Positions 11,705 through 25,257 are shown, counted from the whole stretch's first letter. The stretch is DNA of 63,256 nucleotides, filler included, from Reticulomyxa filosa (GCA_000512085.1; 20 parts of 20 records of this genome joined end to end with filler, not necessarily neighbours in it); one strand, 5' to 3'. Made by a program: numbers and translations. Notes: generated by a model not told the origin, from the letters alone.

Positions 11705-14700
11705 NNNNNNNNNNNNNNNNNNNNNNNNNNNNNNNNNNNNNNNNNNNNTTAATTAATTAANNNNNNNNNNNNNNNNNNNNNNNNNNNNNNNNNNNNNNNN
11801 NNNNATATGCATATATATGTATTATCAAATATTATAATACAATAGAGAGTGGAAAGATTTTCTCCAAAGAAGATGAAAGAACTTAGGGAGAAAATGGAAG
11901 AAGATAAAAGAAAGGAAGAAGAAAAAAAAAAAAGAACTGGTGGAAGATATGGAAAATATTTTGGAAATGATTGATGCAAATAATATTGTGGAAATTATAG
12001 AATGCATGGCTACGTACTCCAAAGTAAGTTTGATTGAAGTTAGTTGGAGTACTTGGCCCGAATCAATACCGATTTGTAATAGATATGTAAATCCAAATGC
12101 CGATACATATACAAATGCAACACCGATTCCAACGCCAAATGCCAAAGATGAATGCATAAAACACAATGCCCAATGTTCAATGCACTGAATAATATGATGG
12201 CGGTAAGTCTATGGGGGGAAGAAAGGGAGTAGGGGTAGTAAAGAAAAAAGATTGATATAAAGGTAAAGGGGAAAGTGAAAGGAGAATTGGAAAATGGAGT
12301 TGGGAATGCAGAAACACACATAGTACACACTCCAACACAACAACAGACAACAAAAAATAAGATAAAGAAATGGGTGGAGGTTATCACACAAAGATAACCT
12401 TTGTTGTTGTTGATTGTGAAGCTTTTTTGCTCCCCTGTGAAGTGTATCAAAATATAAATATAAAGAGGGAGAAGAGTCAGTGGAAAAGTGATTGAATGGT
12501 AAGAGATTTGAACAGCCCCAAAAGTGGAGACACCACTTAAAAATTGTAGGAGATTCGACGTAATTGCCAACATATGCGACTATGTAGGTCCTATGGAGAC
12601 ACCATAAATAAAAAACTTTGGGGGCCATTATCGGCAGATTGTCGATAGTTCAATCACTTATTTCTTAAGTCACTTAAAACTTGACTTGTTTGATACATTG
12701 AGTGGACAAAAAAAGTATCCTAACTACTGAAAATTGAATTCTCTCTCGCAAAATAGCTCTTTCTACAGCCCAAAAATAAATTCCTCCACTCAATCCATTT
12801 TTTATCTCTCCAATCACTTTTTTTCTTTCTTTTTCTTTTTTTTTTCTTTTTCTATTTCTATTTTCTTTTCTCCTTCTATCGAATGTACCTCGGCGCTTGC
12901 ATCTCCAACTCAATGTCATTTCAATCACTGGATTATCATTATCCGAGCACCAATTCAATTTCGCATTTCGTTCGTCATCCTTCGTCGTCTCAAAATTATC
13001 CTCTCAATATGTTCGCTGTCCAAAATCATCCTTTCTTATTTTTGAGTGGAACTTGGCTTGAAACTGTAATAATAGCGGCCACAAATCTCTACAAATAATA
13101 TGGTTTGTGTGTAAATCTATTGTTTTGATTGTGATTGATTGTCTTGTCTTTGTGTTAGCCATAAGAGCAACAAATGTTTTTTTAAACAATCCACTTGCCC
13201 TTTCATTGTCATTGTCTTTTTTTTTTAGCTTTAGTTCATTGTTTTGATTTTTGATCTAACTAAACTCTTTATAAAACCATAATCGCATATGTCTTCAGCG
13301 TTTTTTTCGGCTCCAAATATCCTTCATAAACAAATAATGTGATAGTTCCTAAAAAAAAAATAAAAAGATTGAAAAGCGCACACTATGACAAACATTAAGA
13401 ATTTGTACACGTAATAGTATATACAAAGTTTACAATGTATTTTTAAAAAAAGCTGGCAAAAGATTTCAAAGTAATATTAGAAAACAGTATATGATATATA
13501 TGGACATACTTTATAATTACGCTGATGGCAGTAATTTACAGCAGCAATGCGTCTGCTAACGTTGGTGGAAAATTTCAATTATTGTTATTTGTAATCTGAC
13601 ATCCCCTTCGGCAAGCACCTTTGTTCGGCTCAATAGGTTCATCCACACAAAGATAGCACTTCTGACGTTGATAGCAACTTTGTATTCACATATGTTAATT
13701 TGGGATATATATTTATATCGGGATAAAGTAAATACCAAAAATATACATCTTGTCATGTATCAAGCCAGTAGATATCATATAATCAATTCCACTACAAAAA
13801 ATTTATGTACGAAAAACTGTACATAAAGTAGAAAATAAATTTGAATCATATTATATTGTCTGCTGTTGAATGGGCAAATAAGCGTTGTAGGAAGACTGAA
13901 ATATGTAATAACCTGTTCATAAGTTCATACCAAAACATATTCTTATGACCAACTTGACTAAACAACAGTGGTCATAAACTGTTGACAGAGTAATCGTTAC
14001 TTTTGCTGTGTAAAAGGGCATATGGCAGTCAATTATGATGGATACAAAGTATTCTCTCACTTAACTTGTAATAATGAATTAGACATTTTCGATGTTAAAG
14101 TCTTTTTTGTTATTGAATGAAAGTGCGCTCAACAAATTATATTGAAGGAATTAATAATTTATTTCATGAAAAGATTAAAAACTGAAAATCCAGCTAGTGT
14201 TGTTTTTTTTCAATACACAAAATAGGTCTTAACTTCATCCAGACCGTAGCCTTGCCAGTGTGGACCAATTTTTAAAAAAAAGACGGCAACGGAAGCGTAT
14301 ATATTGAAAAAGGCTTGTCCATGTCTCATTATCAGCCCTTACCACAGACGGATGCCTTATCATTGGCAACACGTTACTCATTATTGCGAGACCGATATTT
14401 ATCCTTGGAAAAGTATTGGCTCGCTCGACATGGCAAAGACCAAGCGAAAGTCCAGTAACTGGAGGACTACATGCCAGAGTGCCGGCACTCACTTTTATAT
14501 ATACTATTTTTGATGGAAGTGTTAATGTTTATGGCCAAGGTAAGTTTGAGCGTAAGCCTCTTCAGCTTTGACACCAAATAGGTTACACAACACACGATAA
14601 AAAAGAAAGCATAGCTTTAAACAGNNNNNNNNNNNNNNNNNNNNNNNNNNNNNNNNNNNNNNNNNNNNTTAATTAATTAANNNNNNNNNNNNNNNNNNNN

Positions 14701-15219
14701 NNNNNNNNNNNNNNNNNNNNNNNNTTATCACAATTTTTAAAAAATTTTCAATTTAAAAATAAATTTTTATTTATTTATTCGTTCAATTTATAATTATTGA
14801 GCTGTTTTATCAAATCAATTGAAATAATGTGTTAAAAGGGGGAGTGCAGTTCAAGTTTTTTTAGTTTCAAGCTTTAATGTTTGTCTTTTAACGACAACAG
14901 CAAAGCTTTTTTGTTTGACTAACTTGTAAATGAACATTGAGAAGGAATTTTTTGTGGATACACGCAAAGTTTTGCGTGTTTGTTAGTAGTCAAGTTGGAC
15001 ATCTAATTTTAATTTTTTGTAGACCGTTTTTAAGTACCTTTGGTAGTTATCATAACATGAATGTTTTTTTTCAGTGTTGTCTTTTTTTGTAGTCAAACTA
15101 GCTTTTTTTCGATTTTAACATTTACCACTTTCAATAACTCTGTATGTTCAAACCTTGATACAGCGACAAATAAATACATACAAGAACAACGTAAAGGGCA
15201 AAGAGATTTAAAAAGTAGA

Positions 15220-15748
15220 TTACATTGAAGATAAAAAGTATTTTAAAAAAAACAATGTCACAAATGCTAATAACAAAACAACATGTTCATTTGTTTTGGA
15301 TGCTCCGATAATTTGGGACAATATTGGCTTTAAATTCACAAATATGGGATTGGTGTCGTGAATTCGTTCTGCAATAAATTGAATAATTTCCATTTCTTCA
15401 TTTAATAATTTGCGATTGCTAAACAGCTGTTGGATATATATTTCAAACTGTTGTTGCTTGGCAATATTCCCACCAATCGTGTTGGGCTTCCATAAAAGGA
15501 TATCAAATATCATTTTCTGAGCGTCATAATATTCTTGACACGATTTATGTAAAAATTGATATTTTTATCACCAACCCTCTTAATACAAATTTAGCAACAT
15601 TGCCACGTTTGAAATATTTTTCACAAATATCTTGCGCTTTTGTAATTACAGTGTCAGTAGTTTCATTCGTTGTTTTTATTTCTTGTTTTTCATCTACAAT
15701 ACTTTTATTTTCATACTCATTTTCAATTTCTGGATCTAATTGACTCAA
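15220..15748 (-). pseudogene. Remnant of NACHT-associated helical region (NACHT-WD40 type protein)
   Basis: KLLNEEMEIIQFIAERIHDTNPIFVNLK...IIGASKTNEHV and QDICEKYFK blocks in different frames. No Walker A seen. Confidence 0.5.
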
Positions 15749-15964
15749 AATATCTTACAATTTTATTTAGTATGATTTTCAATTCTTCAAAAACATTGAA
15801 CGCAGCTTTTTCATTTTTTTTAAACAACAAAGTAAGATAAAACACATCTTTCATTGTTTGCATTCAATCAAATCAAACAAGTTTAATATCAACTGACTTT
15901 TCTTTTAATCAAAATTTTCAAACAAAAAACACTTTCATTTCTTATTCGACAAAATAGTAAATTA

Positions 15965-16211
15965 TCACCAAATACGAATGTGACCTTTGATTGAACCATA
16001 ACACAAATTTAAGTCATATGTAACATTCTTTATCTTATCTTTCTTTTTCAATCCAATAATTTTAAGACATCTTATTCCATCATCTTCATCATCTCCTTTG
16101 ATCATATATAATTGATTCTTATTTGACCGAATATCCCAAAAACGAATTGTATTATCTTGTGATCCAGAACATATCACATTTGAATTACCAATACTATTCT
16201 TTATTACAAAT
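15965..16211 (-). CDS. WD40-repeat protein, C-terminal fragment
   Basis: NVICSGSQDNTIRFWDIRSNK...LCYGSIKGHIRIW*. Confidence 0.8.
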
Positions 16212-16347
16212 NNNNNNNNNNNNNNNNNNNNNNNNNNNNNNNNNNNNNNNNNNNNTTAATTAATTAANNNNNNNNNNNNNNNNNNNNNNNNNNNNNNNNN
16301 NNNNNNNNNNNTATATATATATATATATATATAAAGCATGTTCGACA

Positions 16348-17393
16348 ATGCGAGTGACCGGATTGAGTGCGATGTTTCAAGGAGCGCAGAGCGACTATCG
16401 ATTCAAGCTGTTGTCGACAAGCACATACATATCCGACGGACGACGTATGTGGTCCAATGGACGCGGCGTGCAGATCTACTTTAGCAAGCGATGGTTCCCG
16501 GAAGTCGGCGTGTGGGTGATATCGAATGGGACGATATCACTGGTGCAAAATCGCACGCAGAGTACAAATGACGTACCTGGCACGAACTCAGGCACATATG
16601 GACTTTGGGACCATTTCCAGAATAACAATGTGTATGAACCGATTCAATCAAAATTGACGTTGGGATTGAAATGTTTGACGGTGACGACGTCATGGCCCAC
16701 GCCATTGCCGAGCAAGTCTCCTTCCAAACACGCGTCGACGCCCACAAAGCATCCGACTAAAGCACCCACGGCCAAGTGCTTGGGACTCTATTTATCTCGC
16801 TCGTCGTCCACATGTCCCGACGAAATCAGCGGACAACTCGTCGGCTCCTTTCAACAACAGAGCTCCAAGTTCAATAACAAGATCTACTTCAAAGGCACCA
16901 CGCTCAAAAACACTCTGTTTTGGAGTGACTTGTTCGAAGCGTGGGTCGTCGATGGCGCCGATGGCACTGAATACAGCGCTTTGTCGCCTACCAATATCTA
17001 TGTCAATTCCCAATTCCCTCCACAATCTGTCTCCTGGACTGTCTTTGATAAGACCAATACCTTTTCTTTGGATTGTGATGTCGTCCTTCGATACACTTGC
17101 TTCGGTATTTATTTATTTATTTATTTATTTTTAAATTTGCATTGCACATTTTATGTGTTTTGTTTGTTCATCATGTCCATAGATACCGGCTTTCCAACGT
17201 CGCAGCCAACAGCACAGCCCGTCTCCAAAGCACCAACAGGTATTATATTATATTATATTATATTATATTGTATATGCATGTGCATATTGTTTGTATGATG
17301 TCGATCAGCGCATACCAAGTCACCAACCAAACAACCCACGAAAAAACCCTCGAAATATCCATCGTATTCGCCAAGCAACGCTCCGACACGATC
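16348..17393 (+). CDS. Putative secreted/surface protein: globular modules separated by Pro/Thr-rich (PTxxPT) linkers; truncated at both ends
   Basis: WPTPLPSKSPSKHASTPTKHPTKAPTAK and GFPTSQPTAQPVSKAPT linkers. Two Cys-bounded aromatic-rich modules. GT-AG introns near 17105 and 17240. Confidence 0.6.
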
Positions 17394-17493
17394 NNNNNNN
17401 NNNNNNNNNNNNNNNNNNNNNNNNNNNNNNNNNNNNNTTAATTAATTAANNNNNNNNNNNNNNNNNNNNNNNNNNNNNNNNNNNNNNNNNNNN

Positions 17494-18481
17494 CGAGTTT
17501 TTCTGAAAAAGGGATGCCATATTAAATCCTTTGACGTCAATCTCTGCGAAGGATCCCAGGTTAAACACTTAACGATTAGGTCAATGAAGTAATCGAGAGC
17601 CTCTGTTTGTATTGATTCTTTATCCATCTCTGAAGTATTAACGGTTTGCGCGAAGTTCTTAGAGTGGTCACTTTCATCTTGCTTTACTTTCTCCTCTTTT
17701 TCTTTGTCATGAGTTTCCAAAGATTGTTCAGCAGTAATTTTTGTGCCTTCATTGAGAATAGGATCTTCCGACTTCTGCTTAAGTTTTGTGTCGGTGTTAT
17801 CAACAGGACTAGGATTCAAATTAGACTTAGAATTATCATTAGTATTGGAATTGGGAATAGTGGCATGTTCATTAGTATTTGATACCGTACTTGATGCTTT
17901 CTGACTTTCACGCGGTTTTGAAAATACTGGTAAGCCAATAACGCAAGCCAAAGATTGTTTCAAGTCTTCAATACCTTTCCATGGTATCTGTTGGGGAGTT
18001 TTATAAGAATTGCTATCGTCCAAAAAATTGGGAACTGTTATTTCATTAATTGCGAAAGAACGCAAAAAATTTATCAAAACCAACTTGAAACAAATCACAT
18101 AAACCCCTTTTTTTAAAAAAAAGTATAAAAATTTTTTTCGAAAAAAGGGTGGAGGTACAAAGACAAATCAGGTGAAAATAAAATAAAATGCTTCAACAGC
18201 AAGCAAATGGAGTCATTCAATATTGTATTCTTTTTTTCATTTTTTACTAACGTGTGCAATTCCGAAATGATACCATCGTTGCCTTGACAGCCTTCTAACA
18301 GATCTACATACGTTGCAAAAATATCAGGCAAAAAATATATAATTGATTCAATCATTGCAATAGATACGCTGCAATCATACATTGGTACATGCGAAGCATA
18401 ACGTCTGTAACGATAGCAACTTTGCAGTGGTGGTAAAAATGATATTTGTCCGTAATAACATCCATCAAATACATGCGACAA
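17494..18481 (-). CDS. Protein kinase-like C-lobe fragment (CMGC-like subdomain XI), divergent or decayed
   Basis: FIDLIVKCLTWDPSQRLTSKDLIWHPFF after a long low-complexity insert. HRD and DFG motifs are not recognisable. Confidence 0.5.
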
Positions 18482-18910
18482 TATTCAATATCATACTTAT
18501 TCAAAATTCTCGATACACTCCATCAATTTGAAGCTTTGAATTATTCTGCGATGATTAGTAAGTAGAAACTATTATACTTTACATGAATAATTAGTACAGG
18601 AAAACTCTTGTTCTTCTTTATTTGGATCGAGAAGGTATAGTACCATCATTGAATCCATGAAATAATTTCTTCAGCTTTTTTGAATAAGCCAGATATTTAA
18701 GTAAGCAAATTTCTTATTGATGAGATACAAGGTCCATTTTATTGGGGAACGAGATGAGATAAGATATCGATTGTGTCTCAAATAGAATTAAAAAAGCAAT
18801 TGGCATTTCAAAATAAAATCACAATAACAATAAAATTGAAATCTACTTTTACAAAACAATCAATACTCCAACTCCCAAGTACCACGCCGCAAAAAAAAAA
18901 CGTGTTCTTC

Positions 18911-18976
18911 ATGCCAAAAGAAAAAGTCGTTTTTTATGCCAAAAGAAAAAGTCGTTTTTTATGCCAAAAGAAAAAG
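18911..18976 (+). repeat. 25-bp tandem repeat, about 2.6 copies, at contig end
   Basis: atgccaaaagaaaaagtcgtttttt at 18911 and 18936, partial copy at 18961. Confidence 0.9.
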
Positions 18977-19199
18977 NNNNNNNNNNNNNNNNNNNNNNNN
19001 NNNNNNNNNNNNNNNNNNNNTTAATTAATTAANNNNNNNNNNNNNNNNNNNNNNNNNNNNNNNNNNNNNNNNNNNNAAAATTTAAAACTGCAATTGATTG
19101 ATATGAAAAATAATGTTATTGAAGCAAATGAAGTCGTAAAAAAAGAATTTGAAAGTGATAAACATACATTTAAAATTATTTGGACTCCATTTCAATAAA

Positions 19200-19906
19200 A
19201 AATGCATTGGTAATAATGATTGCAGTTAGTGAATATATTGACAATGCTATTAGGCTAATCTTTCAAATGTGAAAGATGATGTTAAGAATTTCAACCAATT
19301 ATTTTAACAAGATTGAATTATGAAATTGTATGCAATCCATTTCCAAAATGACAAAAAGTGAATTGGTGAGTTCATGAATCAAGTAAAAATCAGTTTCAAA
19401 CTTCGAAATAACACTAATAAATATGATGGACTAATTATGATTATTTGGGACATGGAGAAAATGGAAATATGTTAATGGCGAGTGATAGCAAACTGTATCA
19501 ATCGATAGAATACGTTCATCATTTAATTGCCATGAAATGAAATCATTCAAATATTTACATAAAATTTTTGTCGTGTGAAAATATTCCAAAGGCTTATGAA
19601 ATTATGAGAGGAGTAAATGAGATATCATATGGCCACAATGATGATGATTTTTTAACAATTTGGTCAACTACAAAAGGACATCTAGTTGCCAATTTATCAT
19701 TGTTGGGTCAATGTATGAAAAATGTTGTCACATCAAAATATAAGAGTGGTTATCCATTCAAGCAAATGCTGCAAGATATTAGGACAAAAATTCGCGACAA
19801 TAAAAGTAGCGAATGGTATTGTGTAGAAAGTCAAGACACAACTGATTATGACATCGGTTTTCAACAAAGAAAAGTTGTAAAATCTTTGCAAGAAAGAAGT
19901 AATTAA
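19200..19906 (+). pseudogene. Caspase-like (peptidase C14) pseudogene
   Basis: NALVIMIAVSEY, NKYDGLIMII..GHGENG (19448-19456), a damaged KIF..CR.ENIP catalytic-Cys region, and TIWSTTKGH. Several stops and frameshifts. Confidence 0.75.
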
Positions 19907-20248
19907 CTTCTCGGAGATTTGTTTTTTTTAAGTCCAGACGTCGGGAATACCTTACATTACTCAATTAAGTCTTTTGTTTGTTGTGATCATCTTTCATGAC
20001 CAATTGATTAAAAATAAAATAAAATGCAAAAAGTAATATTCCAACTTTTTGTTTGCTTAAGCTATCCTTATTTAAGNNNNNNNNNNNNNNNNNNNNNNNN
20101 NNNNNNNNNNNNNNNNNNNNTTAATTAATTAANNNNNNNNNNNNNNNNNNNNNNNNNNNNNNNNNNNNNNNNNNNNTTTTTTTTTTTTTTTTATAAAAAA
20201 AAAAAAAAAAAAAAGGGGGGGAGGGGAGGGCAAGGGGGGAAAGCATCA

Positions 20249-20680
20249 TTAACACTTGGACTTCATTTTCTCAAGCAACTTTGTGCTGTAATGAAGCGCC
20301 TCAGAATAGTTGAGCAACTCCATGTGCACGGTGATAAGCTGTTGCTGAATGGTAATCGAACTGGGCTCGTGTTGAAGTGCGTCCACTAATTGCTGTAACA
20401 ACTCTGTAAAGCGCATTTCGGAACTGTACCAACGCATCAGTTGCACTCGTGCAGACCCCGCTTTTGTTGGTTCTGCTGCTATTGCTTGCTTCAGGTATCT
20501 CTCACCTTCCTCACCACGGTTTTGGGTTATCAAAACACCCCCCATGTGCGTCAATATTGCCACATCATTCGGGTTCTCCTTCAGCTTCGCTTCCAGTAGT
20601 GCTTCTGCTTCCGTTAGTTTGTTGTTCGTCACTAACTTTTTTAACATTGCTAAAAAATCTGTAAAAAGTGGCTCCGTCAT
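20249..20680 (-). CDS. TPR-repeat protein, first exon
   Basis: EAEALLEAKLKENPNDVAILTHMGGVLITQNRGEEGERYLKQAIAAEP, and further helix pairs ending in ALQHEP. Continues into an intron at the contig edge. Confidence 0.75.
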   Translation of the reverse strand: MTEPLFTDFLAMLKKLVTNNKLTEAEALLEAKLKENPNDVAILTHMGGVLITQNRGEEGERYLKQAIAAEPTKAGSARVQLMRWYSSEMRFTELLQQLVDALQHEPSSITIQQQLITVHMELLNYSEALHYSTKLLEKMKSKC

Positions 20681-23048
20681 TATTAATACAAATTTAATAC
20701 AAGAAAGATATCAATCAATTTTAGCAGTTGCACTATCAATGCTAATTTCTTATACTGACACTCGGCTCTCCCACCCCCTGTCTACCTTGAACCGGCAAAG
20801 CATTTCCAAAAAACGAGTAATACGTTTGCTTAGGTACGGAAGCACTTTGCAATGCTAAAAATAAAGAACATTGACTGCCAATACTATTGGATAAATCTTT
20901 AAATAGTTGAATTGTTTTCATTGGAGTATATAAATGGTGCGTATTATTTTACTGGTTTTTTTCAAGCCGAAATAACAGATAATTTTGTGAAATTTAAATT
21001 ACTAAAACTCTGGAGTGTTGGCACAATTGTTCGTCTTTAACTAGAACTTTCAAATATCCTTTTTAAAGATTCACAACTTTTTCAAACGTAAAAACCAAAC
21101 AACAAAACGTGATTCATCGACGTTAAGTGTTTTTTTTCCTTGTATTATTAGATTTTTTAAAAGGGCTCTCTGTCCTAGGCTTATATGCGTCAGTAACCTT
21201 GCTTTACCAGCTGCACAACTGCTTGTTCGTTGCCAATCCAAAGTTTATCTCTTCTAGACTTATTTGTTTTTTTTGTTACTGAATCAAGTAATGCTGTATT
21301 TTCTTAAAACTATAGAAAATTTTTTGAACAAATAGATGGCACGATGAATGAGAAAAGCAAGAGAGAGAGAGAGGGACTTTGTCAAAAAAAATGGAGTTTA
21401 AAGATGTTAGAGCGACAAGTCAAAACTCTCAATATGTATTGTGTTTATATTTTCACATGCACAGACAGCGTTATCGTCACAATACTGATCCTGTTACTTT
21501 TTGAAATCAATCACGTGATGTTGAGGGCAACAAGGTACCGAACAAGTATACACATAACCCTTATTAGTCTGAATTTGTTGTTCCATAGCTCAAATTAAGT
21601 CATGGTTTTGTGCTGTTTTTTCACAATTGTTGGAAGGGAAGAATGGACCTTGGAGAACGGCAAAAAATTCGAATTGGACCAGGAAGAAATTTTTTGTGGA
21701 GGCATGGCTACGTCTTCAGAGTACACTTTCAGTTTTGTGATTTGTGGCTCTGAATCTGTGTAGTTTGATAAAACTGCACTGTTTTACGTTAGACAATTGT
21801 GTTTTTGTTGTAATTGAACAACAACATTTGCAAAAGTAAATTTAAAAAAAAATACACTTCAATGAATAATAGTGATGCTCTTTGCATCAGGTCATTGATT
21901 TCATACAACTAGCATCTATCGGATTGTTTCAGATTCCGTGTTCGAGTTACTTGTATCCACTCCGTCACGTCCTTCATTTTTCAATGCCATTTCATAAAAC
22001 AATATTCAAAAGGGGATGACGTGTGGAAAATAATTTTTTTAAATCGTGCTGTCGCTGGAGAAACTCTTCACTTAGCGAACCCGCGATTTGGGGTTGGTAA
22101 AATTTTTTCTCTTTTTTAACTTATTTTATTTTTTTAAAATTCCATCTTTTGACTTTTTTTCTTTTCTTTTTATTTGCTTATTTTAGTTATTTTATTTTGC
22201 TTGATCTTTGGATGAGATAATATAATTCCTATTTTCGGGATATTGCTTGTCCGTTTTATTACGTATAAACTTTGCAATTTCTTTTTGAATGATATGCAAC
22301 TCATTTGACAACTGCAACCATGATTACTTTAGCCAACTTGAGAAAGAAAGGCCAAAACAAAAAACAGAGTGCGATTAACGATACGCCTTGAAATGGGAAT
22401 CGTTAAACACGATTAATAATTTCAAAGCAATTTTTTTTAACAAAAATAATACTCTAAAATTTCAACGTCTGCTCGAGAAAAAAATGGATCACTTTAACAA
22501 TTGTTACAAAACTTTTCTGCCAGAAAATAAAGTACTTCGTATTCATGTCATTTTTTTTTACTGTCATTTGTTGTATTGTAGGGCAAGGCCCTACTGGTTA
22601 GTGGAACTCTTTTACCTAAAAATTGCTTACTTTACTCTTTCATTCGTCCTTCTCCTTTGTTGTCTTATCATTCTTATTTCTCGTGATTTAACTATTTTGT
22701 TTTTGTTGAAAAACCGCTCACACAGTAACATTTTTGTATTACACTTTGTGCCAGTCTTAATGTATCGGTCAATATATTCACAGTATTCATAACGGCTTTG
22801 TTATCACCGTTTTCAAACAAACTAGTAGTTTTACCAACAATATCAATAAAAAATATCATATATACACAACTAATTCCCGAAATAATTGTTTTCGTGTTTG
22901 TACCAACTGCACAAAGCCAAATATTTTAAAACCTGCAGAAAGAAGTTTATGAAAAACAAAGGAACACCAGAGATACCACGTAAAAAAGGAACCTAGTCGG
23001 GACCCCTTTTAAAAATAATAACTTTTCTTAACTTTTATCAGATCACTA

Positions 23049-23670
23049 ATGGCACAAGCATCTGCAAAAATTGAACCATTTCCAAAAGGAGTCACCGTGG
23101 AATTCATCAAGAAGCTCGACAAAGCGACACCAAACATAGATGAATTAACACCAAAGAAAGGCGACACGCTGGTAGTGCACTATGTCGGTACGTAAAAAAA
23201 ATAAGTGGATAAAAACAATTTTTGTTGTAATATGATCGTAGAAGAAAACAAACATTGGATGTCGAAATTGATATTAAAAAAATAAAGGAACATTTCACGG
23301 TGGTAAAAAACATGGAAAAGAATTTGACTCTTCGAGGAATCGCGGAAACCCATTTACTTTTCCCATTGGACAAGAAAGAGTGATCAGAGGATGGGACGAG
23401 GGTATGCTGCAAATGAAAATTGGCGAGAAAGCGAACTTGAAAATTTCCTCTGACTACGGGTACGAAAAGGGACAAACATTGTTTGAGGGAGACAGGGTCT
23501 GTGTGCGACATTGCGTATTTTTTTTATATGTTAGATACGGAGAGAAAGGAATTCTAAGTCGTGACAAAGAAGGAATTATAGATTCAGAGAACAACAAAAT
23601 ATATACTATTCCAAGAAATCAAGATTTGTTGTTCGAGGTGGAATTGTTGTCCATACAAAAAAAAAAGTGA
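23049..23670 (+). CDS. FKBP-type peptidyl-prolyl cis-trans isomerase (3 exons)
   Basis: [68 protein letters not shown]. Two in-frame GT-AG introns. Confidence 0.95.
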
Positions 23671-24063
23671 GTTTTCTTACCAGATTTCTGGTTAATTTTT
23701 TTTGCTAAGAAGAGGGCTTTTTTTCAATGTCAATAAAACACAATTGCATAACCGAAAGAACTGAATTTTTCATAATTTCTTTGTATCACGCTAAATATTC
23801 GCTCAAGTTGCAAATATAAAGAGCAGTCTTGGAAATAATACAATGTATTAATCGGCTAAGTTCAATTTTTCTTATTTCGTGAAATTTCATAGACATTTGC
23901 AATATGCAAGCCATTGCCAAGCTGATTTTTTAGTAATTCACTTCCATCTACGTGGATTGGCGCATTTGATGGGCGCTACCCCTGGCCTTCTGCAGCTGTA
24001 GAACCCGTGAATAGCAGGGAGACGATATCATACAATTTATACTAATAACAACTCCGTGGCTTG

Positions 24064-25257
24064 ATGGCAAATCAAGAACATGAAAAAGAAAAACAGTCAA
24101 ATATTTTGATCTGCCAATACTGGTTAAAAGGACATTGTTTGTACGGAGACAGTTGTCGGTTGGAACATCCCCCCTCAGACTTTGGAAAGAAAAAACCAAG
24201 CCAAAAACATCATGCCAACAAGATCGAAGAAAATAAAGAGCAGCAAGATGGATCACCACGAATAGAAACAAAACTAAACAAACGCACAAGAGTAAAACGA
24301 ATGAACAGTAAAAGACACACAATATTTCGACATTGGATATTGGATAAGATCGGGAGAAAAATACTACAACAAAATGGACGACACATATTGGACATAGCCG
24401 GAGGAAAGGGTATATTTAGTTTTGAAATGCAATACCTAAATGGTATCAATAGCATACTGGTTGATCCAAGGAAAGAATTGAACTTGAGGCGATACAAGAA
24501 TGCATTGTGGAAAGGCTATTTACATAAAAACAAAGCGATTCAAGACAAATACATTGACATTCCAGTTTCAACCATCACCTCGCAATATCGCAACTGTGAA
24601 AACATTAAAGACCCTTTGCACTTGCAACTATTTTTTGACATGACACTGTGTGAAAGAAGAGAAAAGGGAGAAAAAGGGGAGAGAGAAAGTGGAAACAAGT
24701 TTAAACTTTCACTGGTGAACGAACAATATTTGAAAATTTTGCAACTTCAAACCAACGACAATAATAATAATAATAATAATTTTAAACTTACAACTGTAAC
24801 TTGCCTTTCAAAAAATAGTTCATCGAGTGAATCTGACATACTGCATAAAAAAAAAATTGAGGAAGATTTGCACTTTTGGTTTGATCAGAATGTAATTGAG
24901 CATTGCTCACTTTTGGTTGGAATTCATCCTGACCTTGCTTGCGAACCCATCATCGATACCGCTTTGTTGTTCAATAAACCTTTTGCAGTCTTGCCTTGTT
25001 GTGTTTTCCCTAACTCGTTTCCCCATCGACGCATTCTCGATCCACTTACTGGGAAACTTGATAAACCTGTCCACTCGCATCAAGACTTTATCACTTATTT
25101 GTTGAATAAACACCCCAAATTCCAAGTTGATACCTTGGAGATGATGGACGGAAAAAATCAAGTTATTTATTGGATACCTGATCATTTGGTTCCATATTTA
25201 CCGGCTTCGTCCAAATGCTCAGATCAAACAAGTCCCAACGAACATGTTTCGTGTTAA
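24064..25257 (+). CDS. CCCH zinc finger + class I SAM-dependent methyltransferase-like protein (intronless)
   Basis: CQYWLKGHCLYGDSCRLEH (C-x7-C-x5-C-x3-H), ILDIAGGKG (motif I), LVDPR, LVGIHPDLACEPIID, FAVLPCCVFP. Confidence 0.8.
   Translation: MANQEHEKEKQSNILICQYWLKGHCLYGDSCRLEHPPSDFGKKKPSQKHHANKIEENKEQQDGSPRIETKLNKRTRVKRMNSKRHTIFRHWILDKIGRKILQQNGRHILDIAGGKGIFSFEMQYLNGINSILVDPRKELNLRRYKNALWKGYLHKNKAIQDKYIDIPVSTITSQYRNCENIKDPLHLQLFFDMTLCERREKGEKGERESGNKFKLSLVNEQYLKILQLQTNDNNNNNNNFKLTTVTCLSKNSSSSESDILHKKKIEEDLHFWFDQNVIEHCSLLVGIHPDLACEPIIDTALLFNKPFAVLPCCVFPNSFPHRRILDPLTGKLDKPVHSHQDFITYLLNKHPKFQVDTLEMMDGKNQVIYWIPDHLVPYLPASSKCSDQTSPNEHVSC

Noticed and set aside
18911-18976. 25-bp repeat as CRISPR or telomere
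   Set aside because: Head-to-tail copies without spacers or G-rich strand bias; a simple minisatellite that broke the assembly.
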